A stretch of 64,000 nt of DNA from an uncultured Verrucomicrobiae bacterium (GCA_963836755.1 CAWIKF010000002.1:2186991-2250990); one strand, 5' to 3'. Shown: positions 40,879-50,334, counted from the stretch's first letter. Translations and numbers: made by a program. The notes: generated by a model from the letters alone, not told the origin.

Positions 40879-41608
40879 CCTCCTCTTCGCCCCGCTCCTC
40901 CACGCGCAGACTCCCGCGCCCAGCGAATCCGCCGCCTCCGTAAGCCCGGCCGCCGCATCGCCCGCCGCCTCCGCCGCCGCATCGCCGGGCGGCACGCCCG
41001 AAAAGCACGCCTACGTCCGCTTTTGGAACATGTCCCCGGCGAAAGGCCCCGAGCTAGACCTTTCCGACTCGCCAAATCCCGACGACAAACCGCTCTTCTC
41101 CCAGCGCATCCCGTGGAGCGCCGGCCCCTACGTCCCGATCAAGATCGGCAAATACCCGTTCATCCTTTATAAAACAGGCGACCACAAGCAGCCGATCCAA
41201 TCCATCAGCGTCATCCTGCGCGAAAACGTCTTCGTCACCTTCCTCGCCACCGACGACCAGGGCCGCCCGAAAATCGAGCTCATCGACGACACCTACGATC
41301 CCGCTGCGGTCAACGGCGGGCAGGTCGTCGTCCGCAATTACTTCCCCGGCGCCTCCGTCGATCTTCACGGGCCGAAGAAAAAAGTCCTCTTCACCGGCGT
41401 CGCCACCGGGCAGGCGCAGCACACGGACGATTTTCCTTTGAAAAAGCAGCAGATCGTCCTGCACACCGTCCTCAATGGCAACACGCCCGCCGACGCCGGG
41501 ATGGAGGTGAATTTCAAGCGCACCCCGCACGTCACCGTCCTGATTTTCCCGGACACCTACGGCTACTTTCACCCCACGCTGCAGGTGGACGGCATCGCGC
41601 CGGATTAG
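40847..41608 (+). CDS. Secreted beta-rich hypothetical protein, last gene of the cassette
   Basis: Signal peptide, A/S/P linker, AYVRFWN; overlaps the previous gene. Confidence 0.7.
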   Translation: MPSKFFRLAISLLFAPLLHAQTPAPSESAASVSPAAASPAASAAASPGGTPEKHAYVRFWNMSPAKGPELDLSDSPNPDDKPLFSQRIPWSAGPYVPIKIGKYPFILYKTGDHKQPIQSISVILRENVFVTFLATDDQGRPKIELIDDTYDPAAVNGGQVVVRNYFPGASVDLHGPKKKVLFTGVATGQAQHTDDFPLKKQQIVLHTVLNGNTPADAGMEVNFKRTPHVTVLIFPDTYGYFHPTLQVDGIAPD

Positions 41609-41659
41609 GCGTCCCGCAGGAATCTCGAGCCGGAGCGGTTATGGAAAATTTCGTCGCAT

Positions 41660-41691
41660 TGTGACGAAATCTTAACACTAAACCTTTTGCC
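41660..41691 (+). repeat. 32-bp direct repeat copy 1 / regulatory motif
   Basis: tgtgacgaaatcttaacactaaaccttttgcc, 30/32 identical to 42921-42952. Confidence 0.85.
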
Positions 41692-41739
41692 ATCGTCGGC
41701 GCGGGGCAATAGGCACAGAGGCGGAATGAAGGAAGCGCC

Positions 41740-41945
41740 ACCCCCAAGCGCCAGCGGATTATCCCGAAGCGGCATCGGAAAACTCCGAAGCACGGTCGCA
41801 TCATCCCGAAGCACCGTCGGGTTGTTCCCTCCAACGGTCACACCGTTCCCTCCAACGCCCGCACCGCTCCTTCCAACGGCGGCACCGTTCCTTCCAACGG
41901 CGGCACCGTTCCCTCCAACGGTGCAACGGTTCCCCGTGCGGACCG
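41740..41945. repeat. Degenerate tandem array, 21-bp period
   Basis: CC(C/G)AAGC at 41743, 41764, 41785, 41806; CCAACG at 41831, 41852, 41873, 41894, 41915 in the same register. Confidence 0.9.
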
Positions 41946-42036
41946 GAGTGCCGAACCAGGCCGAAAGCCCATTTTTCACGAAAAGCACCCGCTTTTCACC
42001 CAGCAAAACCACGAAACGAACAAGAAAGACAAAAAA

Positions 42037-42702
42037 ATGAGCGATTACATACCGAGGCCGGATGACCAATACGGCGAATTCAGCGAGAACCTCCACACGA
42101 AAACCTCCGGCGCGCCCGCCTCCTTCGGGCTCTCCGCGGCCGATGTGACCAACGAAACCGCCGCACATACGGCGTGGGATACCGCCTACAGCGCCCACGT
42201 CAGTGCGCAAACCTCTGCTGCGACAGCGCAGCAGACCAAGGACACAGCGCGCGGCGTGCTCGAAACCATCCAGCGCGCCCTCGTGGGCCAAATCCAGAAA
42301 CGGCCCGCCACCACCGATGCGCAGCGCACCGACTTGCGCATCACCGTTCCCGACAACACCCCGACCGCCCCGATCAATTCGATCGACACGTGGCCGGTGG
42401 CGACCGTCGACACCTCCACCTCGCTGCGCCACCGTCTCGATTTTCGCGACAGCGGCACGCCAAACAGCCGAGCGAAGCCCGATGGCGTCATGCTCTGCGA
42501 GATCTGGGAATACATCGGCGACACCGCCCCGGTGGATGAAAACGCCTACGTTTTCCTCGCCAGCGAGACGAAAACGCCGCATCGCAACGACTTCCCGGCG
42601 GCCGATGCGCGGAAGACGGCGTTTTACCGGCTGCGGTGGAAATTGAAGAGCGGCAATTACGGGCCGTGGAGCCACGTCGTCAGCGCGACGATCCCCGCCT
42701 AA
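42037..42702 (+). CDS. Helical N-terminal + Ig/Fn3-like C-terminal protein, no signal peptide
   Basis: 221 aa; MSDYIPRPD, TKDTAR, YRLRW...GNYGPWS. Confidence 0.8.
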   Translation: MSDYIPRPDDQYGEFSENLHTKTSGAPASFGLSAADVTNETAAHTAWDTAYSAHVSAQTSAATAQQTKDTARGVLETIQRALVGQIQKRPATTDAQRTDLRITVPDNTPTAPINSIDTWPVATVDTSTSLRHRLDFRDSGTPNSRAKPDGVMLCEIWEYIGDTAPVDENAYVFLASETKTPHRNDFPAADARKTAFYRLRWKLKSGNYGPWSHVVSATIPA

Positions 42703-42770
42703 GCCGGGCCGCAGCGCCGCCGAAAACGCTGATAAACAAGTTTATTGTTTAAACAGCAGAAACCTCAACC

Positions 42771-42810
42771 GAAACAGGCCGGGAGCACCATCCCGGCCTG
42801 TTTCATTTTC
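42771..42810 (+). terminator. Intrinsic terminator-like hairpin
   Basis: 14-bp perfect stem GAAACAGGCCGGGA/TCCCGGCCTGTTTC followed by attttc. Confidence 0.75.
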
Positions 42811-42920
42811 TGCCGAAAGTGACGAGAAAAGCCCTCTCCAAAAGTTTTACAAGCGCTGATGAAAATCCTCGAAAGCTGATAAACAAAGGCTTTGCGGGTC
42901 ATTATGGTGGTAAAAAGTTA

Positions 42921-42952
42921 TGTTACGAAATCTTAACACTAAACATTTTGCC
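42921..42952 (+). repeat. 32-bp direct repeat copy 2 / regulatory motif upstream of the PEP-CTERM gene
   Basis: tgttacgaaatcttaacactaaacattttgcc. Confidence 0.85.
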
Positions 42953-43082
42953 TATCTGTTGAACCACCCCTATTTGTAGCGCGCCGAAAGGCACCAGAAA
43001 CGCAAAAAGATTTAATCAGAACAAAGTTAGCAAACCAAACTCAGCTCCAAAAACCACCGTCAGCCTTAACTCAACACCAAAA

Positions 43083-46000
43083 ATGAAAACCAAAAACCTC
43101 AACAAACTCGCCGTCGCCGTAGCAGCGGTCCTCGGAATCAATCCTGCCGGAGCGCAGGCAGCAGCAACGGATCAATACTGGAAAATCGACGGCACCACCG
43201 GCACATGGACCGGGCCCAACTGGGGAACGTCCGCTCTCGGACCTTTCTCCACCGCTTGGACAAGCGCAAACAATGCGGACTTCACCGCCAGTTCCACGCT
43301 CACCTTCGCTACCACGACCATTGGCAACGTCACCGTTGCCGATGGAGCTACGGTGACTGTTACTGCAGGAGGAACGCTGACACTGAATACAGCCACGCCG
43401 AGCATCTTCAATATCGGAACGAATTCCACATTAACTTGGACGTCTCAAAACGTCACGGCGAACAGCACCGGTGGCTACACCAAGAGCGGCGCTGGAATTT
43501 TAAACCTAGGTGCATTGACCTACACGACGAATATGACCGGTGGCGTCACGCTGAATGCCGGAACCTTGGTCGTGTCTGGAGACAAGGCGCTCGGCAATGG
43601 AGCCTTGAATCTCAATGGCGGAACACTTCAATCGTCTGGCACCCGCTCATTCGCCCCGACCTCCATTTCCTTCGGCGGCGACTTTGGCTTGTCTGGCACT
43701 GGAAATGCCACTTTCGCGGCGACCGTGGGACTTGGGGCTTCCACCCGAACTATTACCAACGCCACCACGAGCGGCAGCCGGATCTTTTCCGGCCTTATCT
43801 CGGGCGGAGCGGGAGCAGGACTGACGTTTATTGGCAGCGGGGCGGGGCAGATTTACATTGGCAACGCATCGAATTCATTCAGCGGCCCGATCAGCATCAC
43901 GGGTGGCGAAGTCGGTTTCGCCAGCGATGGCGCTCTCGGCACCGGGACATCGATCACGGTTGACGGAGGACGGCTGACATCCTCCTCCACCGCTGGCAAC
44001 GCCGTCACTTCGACGTGGAGTGCCAGCCGAAACATCATGGTAGGCTCCGCAGCAGGAACGAGCATCAGTGTTCAAAGCGGCACCGGTGATCTCACCTACA
44101 ACGGTGTCATCTCCGACGTCACTGGAGAAACCGGCGCGTGGGCAAAGCAGGGCGGTGGTATTTTGCGCCTCGGTGGCCAGAGCACTTACTCCGGCAGCAC
44201 GAGTATCAATAACGGCATTGTGCAGATCACCACTGGTAATGATCGCCTGCCGACAGGCACGGTGGTCAACATCGGCCAGGCTGCAAGCTCGAACGTCGGC
44301 ACGTTCGACCTGAATGGCAACAACCAGACGATCGCGGGCTTGGTTTCCACAACCGGCACGAATGCAGCCGCGGTTTCGAACACCGTCACGACATCGACCA
44401 CTCCTGCAACGCTCACCATTAATACTGCTGGAAGCAACAGCTATGCTTTCAGCGATGGCACTGCGGCAACCTCCGGTATCATCACCGGCGGGATCTCGCT
44501 GGTGAAAAACGGCACGGGCACGCAGAGCTTGGGCGGCGTGAACACCTACACCGGCACGACCAGCATCAATAACGGCAAACTCCGCTTGACCGGCTCGCTG
44601 ACGAGCGCGGTGACGGTGGGCAACAACACCGCCGCCGCCGCCATCTTCTCGGGCACGGGCACGACCACGGGCTTGGTGACGACTTCGACCATTGGATCGA
44701 ACGTTGCCTACCTCGCTCCGGGCGTGAACGTCAGCGGCACCCGCACCGACTTCGGCACTGCCGGAGCGCTCCACTTCAATAACGGCCTGACCATTGGCGA
44801 CGGAACACAGCTTGACTACGACTTCGGCGCAAACACGGCCGCCAGTGACTCGATCGCAATGGCTGGCGCGCTGACCTTGGGCAACAACGTTGTCCTCAAC
44901 GTTAATGATCTCGGCATCGTCACCGGCACCGGCTACACGCTGATCAGCGGCGCGACCGGCCTGACCGGCGGCGGGAATCTGGGCACCTGGTCGGCCGTTG
45001 GCGCACCGGGCGGCAGCACCGCGGCGTTCACGCTGTCCGGCAACGACGTTGTCGTGACATTCAACGGCGGTGCACCCACGACCACGGCGACGACCTACTC
45101 GCTGGCAGCGGTGGCATCGAACAACAATGTTCTTGTTAACAAAACGACCGCGGTCAACAGCACGATCACTAACACCGGCAACGGCACGGCTGATACGCTG
45201 AGCTACACCGGCTTGAACGCAAGCGCGACCGGCGGCACGATCACCGGGTCTACGAAGGACGGCGGTCCGCTGGCTCAAGGCGCGAACGACACCAACACCG
45301 GGTTGACCTACAACGCAGGCGCCACCAGCGGCACCTACTCGATCACCCCGACGGTGGCTTCCACGACCAATGGCACCCTCGGCGGCAGCGCGAGCAGCAG
45401 CGGCACGGCACCTCAAGCGGTGACGGTGTTTGACGCAGCGGCGCTCAGCGGCAGCGGACTCAACGTAGCCAACGCGGCGGGAAGCTTCCGCGCCTCGGCG
45501 TCGGTGACTTCCGAGAGCTTGAGCGGCCAGACGGGCTTCACCGCCACCAACCTTAACGGCACGAAGATTGACGCCGGCAGCAGTGTCGCTGCAGCGACCT
45601 TCGACAGCACCGGCAAACTCAACGGCACTTATCACACCACCGCCACTATCGGCTTCAATGACCTGACCAGCGGCAGCGCAGCTATCGCAGGTGGCACGGG
45701 TGACAGCGCCAATAATGTGGTGCTCTCGGCGAGCGTCTCCGGCAAGAACAACACCGGCGGCGCCACGGTGCTCGCGGGTCAAAGCTACACGGGCTACGGC
45801 TTGGGCAGCACGTTTACCGTCGGCACCACCGCGACGCTCCTCGACGGCAAGGCCGGCACGGGCAACACCGGCGGAACTTCCGATGGCGCAGACCACACCG
45901 TCAACATGGCCTTCTCCGACGTGGGCGCCCACGCGAACAATGTCAACAAGCTGAGCGATGTGCTCACCTTGACGGGCACCAACACCGACAAGTTTGTCCT

Positions 46001-46352
46001 GCAACTCACCTACACCGGCACACCGGCCCAAGGCACTCCGTTCCTCGCCTACTACAGCGCGACCTACGGCGGCTATGTCAACGCGATTGCCGGCAACAGC
46101 GCCGGGAACACGACGCCATTCGGTGGAACCAACTACGGAGAAATCCTGGGCGCTTATGACCCGGCCAGCGAGTTTATCCTCGGCGACTACGGGTTTGATT
46201 CCGTCAACCACACCGCATGGGCAGTGCTCGACCACAACAGCGACTACGAAGTCATCCCCGAGTCCAGCACTTGGGCATCACTCGCAGCGGGCCTTGGCAC
46301 ACTCATGGTCTGGCAGCGCGGCCGCCGCCGGCGGACGGCTCGCGTGAGCTAA
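43083..46352 (+). CDS. Autotransporter-associated beta-strand repeat protein with PEP-CTERM-like sorting signal
   Basis: Signal peptide; K.G.G.L.L.G.NTY.G.T repeats; VIPESSTW + TM + RRRR. Confidence 0.88.
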   Translation: MKTKNLNKLAVAVAAVLGINPAGAQAAATDQYWKIDGTTGTWTGPNWGTSALGPFSTAWTSANNADFTASSTLTFATTTIGNVTVADGATVTVTAGGTLTLNTATPSIFNIGTNSTLTWTSQNVTANSTGGYTKSGAGILNLGALTYTTNMTGGVTLNAGTLVVSGDKALGNGALNLNGGTLQSSGTRSFAPTSISFGGDFGLSGTGNATFAATVGLGASTRTITNATTSGSRIFSGLISGGAGAGLTFIGSGAGQIYIGNASNSFSGPISITGGEVGFASDGALGTGTSITVDGGRLTSSSTAGNAVTSTWSASRNIMVGSAAGTSISVQSGTGDLTYNGVISDVTGETGAWAKQGGGILRLGGQSTYSGSTSINNGIVQITTGNDRLPTGTVVNIGQAASSNVGTFDLNGNNQTIAGLVSTTGTNAAAVSNTVTTSTTPATLTINTAGSNSYAFSDGTAATSGIITGGISLVKNGTGTQSLGGVNTYTGTTSINNGKLRLTGSLTSAVTVGNNTAAAAIFSGTGTTTGLVTTSTIGSNVAYLAPGVNVSGTRTDFGTAGALHFNNGLTIGDGTQLDYDFGANTAASDSIAMAGALTLGNNVVLNVNDLGIVTGTGYTLISGATGLTGGGNLGTWSAVGAPGGSTAAFTLSGNDVVVTFNGGAPTTTATTYSLAAVASNNNVLVNKTTAVNSTITNTGNGTADTLSYTGLNASATGGTITGSTKDGGPLAQGANDTNTGLTYNAGATSGTYSITPTVASTTNGTLGGSASSSGTAPQAVTVFDAAALSGSGLNVANAAGSFRASASVTSESLSGQTGFTATNLNGTKIDAGSSVAAATFDSTGKLNGTYHTTATIGFNDLTSGSAAIAGGTGDSANNVVLSASVSGKNNTGGATVLAGQSYTGYGLGSTFTVGTTATLLDGKAGTGNTGGTSDGADHTVNMAFSDVGAHANNVNKLSDVLTLTGTNTDKFVLQLTYTGTPAQGTPFLAYYSATYGGYVNAIAGNSAGNTTPFGGTNYGEILGAYDPASEFILGDYGFDSVNHTAWAVLDHNSDYEVIPESSTWASLAAGLGTLMVWQRGRRRRTARVS

Positions 46353-46381
46353 GCGAAAGCAATCTGGGCATTAAAGGGAAA

Positions 46382-46412
46382 AAGGGCGACGGCTGGAGGA
46401 GCCGTCGCCCTT
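46382..46412 (+). terminator. Hairpin (terminator or stabiliser)
   Basis: 13-bp stem AAGGGCGACGGCT/AGCCGTCGCCCTT; weak U tract. Confidence 0.6.
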
Positions 46413-46503
46413 AAGCCCGAGATGGGGGAGACCCCTAAGAAGTTCACCTACTTTTAACATTTCCTCCACACGATCGTAACAATCGGGCAGCAGGTTGCGC
46501 CCC

Positions 46504-49398
46504 ATGTCATTGATCAGTAAAAAGAAGAGTCAGTCATCCAAGGGCGCTCGCAAGAAGCGCTTCGGTTTTTTGAAGGCGGTCGCGTCCGCAATCTCCGTCC
46601 CGCTCCTCGCGCTCGGTTTTCCGCAATCGAGCGATGCGCTCGACGCGGTGAGCTACACCAGCGCGGGAACGACCTACACCCAAACCTTCAACACGTCCGA
46701 TGGAGGTCTACAAAGTCCCGCCGCGAACGTAGCCCCGGCCAGCGGCGGCGTCGGCGCGGCGTCGTCAATGGTTGAGTTGAACGACTCCACGGCGCTGGGC
46801 GCGCAAGCTGGCGGGGTTGGAATGACGGGATGGTATGTTGGAAATTCGGCGACTGCGAATGTTGTAAAGTTTGGCACTGACGCTGGCGGTTCAAACACTG
46901 GGTCTGCTTTCAACTACGGGTTGGTCGGCAACAATGATCGAGCTTTGGGTGGGGAAGCTTCTGGCAGCACTCAACCTTATTTTGGAGTGATTCTGCAGAA
47001 CAATACCGCGCTCACACTCAATAACGTTACCATCGGTTTCACCGGTCTCGAGTATCGCAATCCATCCTCCACGGTAAACACGGATACGTTTTCGTATTTG
47101 TTGACGAATTCATCGACGGACAACTTTTATACGAATGGCTACACGGCAAATACCGCGCTCAATTTCAGCTCCGCCGCCTCCGGCAGCACGGGCGGTCCGG
47201 GCGCTCAAGCGGCGCAAAATCCGCCGGAAAATCTTGGCACCAAAAGCTTGAACCTTGGTGCCAGCACGGCGTGGGCACCGGGCCAATATCTCATTCTGCG
47301 CTGGTCAGACTTGGATGAGTCCGGGAGCGACGCCGGCCTCGCGATCGATAACTTCACCTTCTCGGCAATACAGGCCGCCAACCCGCCGCAAAACCTGACG
47401 TGGAATGCGCTCAATGGAACGTGGAATCACGCCTCGGTGAACTGGACCGGCGGCACCACCAACATTTTCAACGATGGAGACACGGCGAACTTTACTGATG
47501 CAAACGTCGGTTCGGTCACGATTGAGGCGGCTGGAGTCTCGCCAGCCGCGACGAATGTCAGCAACACCACAGGCACATACACCTTTAGCGGCGGCCCGAT
47601 CAATGGCAACGGTGTGCTGGCCAAAACAGGCAACGGCATTCTCGACCTGACGGGCCAAAGCGGCGGCAACGGCTACGCCGGCGGGACCACGATCAACGGC
47701 GGAACGGTGAAGATCAACGCGGACAACCAGCTCGGCACCGGCGGAATCACGCTCGGCGGCGGCACGCTGGTGACCAGCTCATCGATTAGCTCGACGAAGA
47801 CGATCGCGCTAACGGGCGCGACCAGCAACAAGTTCGACACGGGCGGCTTCAGCTCGGCATTCGGCGCGATCAGCGGCGGTGGCGATCTCACCGTGACCGG
47901 CAACGGAGGCTTGACGACGAACGGCATTTATACGCAAACGACCGGGGCACTGACTGTCGATAGCGGGACCACTTTTACGCTCGGTGCCAACGGCAGCTCG
48001 ACGATAACCGGCGCGACGATCAACGGCGCTCTCGCCCTGTCCGCGAACCTGCGACTGAACTTTAACACCGGCACAACGAGCGGCACCGGGCAAGCTCAGG
48101 TGCTAAGCAGCGGGACATTGATCTCCAATACCTCTGGCGTTGCCGGAGGAACGGTGAATGTAAATATCGCGCTCAATAGCAACCTGATTCCTTTCACGAA
48201 GGGCGACGTGACGCAGGCAACCTACGCGCCCGGCACTTTCGTCACGACGATTGGCGGCACGAAGTTGACGAACGCAGGTGACAACACACTCACCATCGGC
48301 GGCGTGATCTCCGGCGACTCTGACGTAAACTTTGCCAACAACAGCACCACGGGCGGAGGCAGCGGCCACACGCTGCTCAATGCAGTCGAACTTTACACCG
48401 GCACGACGACGGTCAACGGCAATGGCGCCAATGTCATCATCGGTATCGACAACGCGCTCCCGACCGGCACCGACGTGATCTTCGGCACGCAGACTGGGAT
48501 CGGTTCGCCGAACATTGATCTGCACGGGCACGTGCTGGCCATCGGCTCGCTTTCCTCGGGCGCGAACGGCAGCGGCTACGGCGTGACAAATACCGGCGCG
48601 GCCGACTCCACGCTCACAGTGGGCGGCTCGACCACGCCGGCGAATGCCTTTACCGGAATTCTTTCCGATGGAGCAACCAACAAGCTCGGGCTCATCAAGA
48701 ATGGCTCAAGCACTTTGACGCTAACTGGTGTGAACAGCTACTCCGGCGCGACGGCGGTCAATGGCGGCGCGCTCATTGTAGGCGTCGCGGGCGTCGGCTC
48801 TGCGGCGAAATCAGACATCACCGTGACCAACAACGGCATGCTCGGCGGTTCAGGAACGGTCAAGTCCGTGACCATCAATTCTGGCGGCACGCTCTCGCCC
48901 GGCAACAGCCCTGGAACGATGACCACCACCGCCGCGGCCTTCATGGGCGGCGGTATCTACAAGCTCGAGATGAACCAGGCGACAAACCCGACCGCCGGGA
49001 CGAACAACGACTTGCTCGCTGTGAACGGCACGCTCGATTTGTCCTCGCTCAGCTCGGGCACGCCGTTCGTGTTGAAGCTACAGACGCTCGATGGCTCCAA
49101 CAATCCCGCTGCGCTCTCCGACTTTAATCCGGCGTCGAACTATACGTGGACCTTTGCCACTGCCAACAGCATCACGAATCCGGCCGGCGTCTTTAACAGC
49201 AACCTGTTTTCAGTCGATCCCTCGGGCTTTGCCAATAACTACAACGGCACATTCAATGTCAGCGAAGCCGGAAACGCGCTGCAACTGCAATACCAGGCGA
49301 TCCCCGAATCACAGACTGGCGCGACGTTCGTCGGCGGAGCGGCGCTGCTGCTGGTCTGGAGACGGCGCCGGTCACGGCTGGCGCGCCTCGGCGCTTAA
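46504..49398 (+). CDS. Autotransporter-associated beta-strand repeat protein with PEP-CTERM-like sorting signal
   Basis: Passenger repeats, LSPGNSPG, AIPESQT + TM + RRRR. Confidence 0.88.
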   Translation: MSLISKKKSQSSKGARKKRFGFLKAVASAISVPLLALGFPQSSDALDAVSYTSAGTTYTQTFNTSDGGLQSPAANVAPASGGVGAASSMVELNDSTALGAQAGGVGMTGWYVGNSATANVVKFGTDAGGSNTGSAFNYGLVGNNDRALGGEASGSTQPYFGVILQNNTALTLNNVTIGFTGLEYRNPSSTVNTDTFSYLLTNSSTDNFYTNGYTANTALNFSSAASGSTGGPGAQAAQNPPENLGTKSLNLGASTAWAPGQYLILRWSDLDESGSDAGLAIDNFTFSAIQAANPPQNLTWNALNGTWNHASVNWTGGTTNIFNDGDTANFTDANVGSVTIEAAGVSPAATNVSNTTGTYTFSGGPINGNGVLAKTGNGILDLTGQSGGNGYAGGTTINGGTVKINADNQLGTGGITLGGGTLVTSSSISSTKTIALTGATSNKFDTGGFSSAFGAISGGGDLTVTGNGGLTTNGIYTQTTGALTVDSGTTFTLGANGSSTITGATINGALALSANLRLNFNTGTTSGTGQAQVLSSGTLISNTSGVAGGTVNVNIALNSNLIPFTKGDVTQATYAPGTFVTTIGGTKLTNAGDNTLTIGGVISGDSDVNFANNSTTGGGSGHTLLNAVELYTGTTTVNGNGANVIIGIDNALPTGTDVIFGTQTGIGSPNIDLHGHVLAIGSLSSGANGSGYGVTNTGAADSTLTVGGSTTPANAFTGILSDGATNKLGLIKNGSSTLTLTGVNSYSGATAVNGGALIVGVAGVGSAAKSDITVTNNGMLGGSGTVKSVTINSGGTLSPGNSPGTMTTTAAAFMGGGIYKLEMNQATNPTAGTNNDLLAVNGTLDLSSLSSGTPFVLKLQTLDGSNNPAALSDFNPASNYTWTFATANSITNPAGVFNSNLFSVDPSGFANNYNGTFNVSEAGNALQLQYQAIPESQTGATFVGGAALLLVWRRRRSRLARLGA

Positions 49399-49433
49399 GC
49401 AAATCCGCAAAGCAAATTTAGGGATAAAGGGAG

Positions 49434-49464
49434 GGGCGACAGTTGGGGGACTGTCGCCCTTTTT
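49434..49464 (+). terminator. Intrinsic terminator
   Basis: GGGCGACAGT/ACTGTCGCCC stem + T5. Confidence 0.75.
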
Positions 49465-49499
49465 GCTGCCCGCACGCCAACGGAGCATCGGGGAAAATA

Positions 49500-49538
49500 T
49501 TACGAGAAATTTACCCAACCTTCACACAATTGTCACAA
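49500..49538 (+). promoter_or_regulatory. Pho-box-like 11-bp periodic direct repeats
   Basis: T(T/C)AC at 49500, 49511, 49522, 49533. Confidence 0.55.
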
Positions 49539-49557
49539 TCGAGTCGAAAACTCCCGC

Positions 49558-50229
49558 ATGCCTCAGACTGTGCTCGTCGTCGATGATGAACCCGATGTCT
49601 TGACGCTCGTTCGGAAAAACCTCGAGCGGGAAGACTTCATCGTCCTCACCGCGGCGGACGGCGAGCAGGCGATGGAAAAGGCGCGCGCCAGCCGCCCCGA
49701 TGTGATCATTCTTGACATCATGCTGCCGATGCTCAACGGCTACGAAGTCTGCCGCCAGCTTCGCGCCGACGCGGGCACATCTCACATCCCGTTGCTGATG
49801 CTGAGCGCCAAAGGCAATCAGCTCGAACGCATCGCCGGCTTCGAGCTCGGCGCGGACGATTACGTTTCAAAACCCTTCAGTCCGCGCGAGCTCGTCTATC
49901 GCGTGAAAGCGCTCGCGAGGCGCCTGCCGGTCGCGCTCACATCGGATGGCGTCAAAGGTTTCAAGGTCGACACGAAGAACATGAAAGTCTCGATCGATGG
50001 TCGGCCACTGAATCTCACGCCGACGGAGTTCAAGCTGTTCCGAAGCCTCATCGATCGCCGTGATGAAATTCTCACGCGCGAATTTCTGTTGTCGGATGTT
50101 TTACATTACGAAAGCAGCGCCAGCACGCGCACGATCGACACGCACATGCGGCGCATTCGCGAAAAACTCGGACGCTCCAGCGGCTGCATCGAAACCGTCC
50201 GCAGCTACGGCTATCGTTTTTCCACGTAG
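49558..50229 (+). CDS. OmpR/PhoB family response regulator
   Basis: REC + LTPTEFKL, RTIDTHMRRIREKL, IETVRSYGY. Confidence 0.9.
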   Translation: MPQTVLVVDDEPDVLTLVRKNLEREDFIVLTAADGEQAMEKARASRPDVIILDIMLPMLNGYEVCRQLRADAGTSHIPLLMLSAKGNQLERIAGFELGADDYVSKPFSPRELVYRVKALARRLPVALTSDGVKGFKVDTKNMKVSIDGRPLNLTPTEFKLFRSLIDRRDEILTREFLLSDVLHYESSASTRTIDTHMRRIREKLGRSSGCIETVRSYGYRFST

Positions 50230-50334
50230 AAAACCGACGCGACTTCTACGCATCCGTTGCGCCTGAAAAAGTTCACGCAGATGACACACATCGGTCATCC
50301 GTTCGTGACATTTGCCCGCTATGTTCCCACCACA

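Noticed and set aside
42726..42888. Repeated GCTGATAAACAA (42728, 42875)
   Set aside because: A real 12-bp repeat, but with no integrase or interpretable spacing; insufficient to call att or operator sites
43875..46235. Long antisense ORFs (786 aa here; also opposite uvrB, glgA, amidase, cassette protein A)
   Set aside because: Expected shadows of high-GC codon bias; no recognisable motifs
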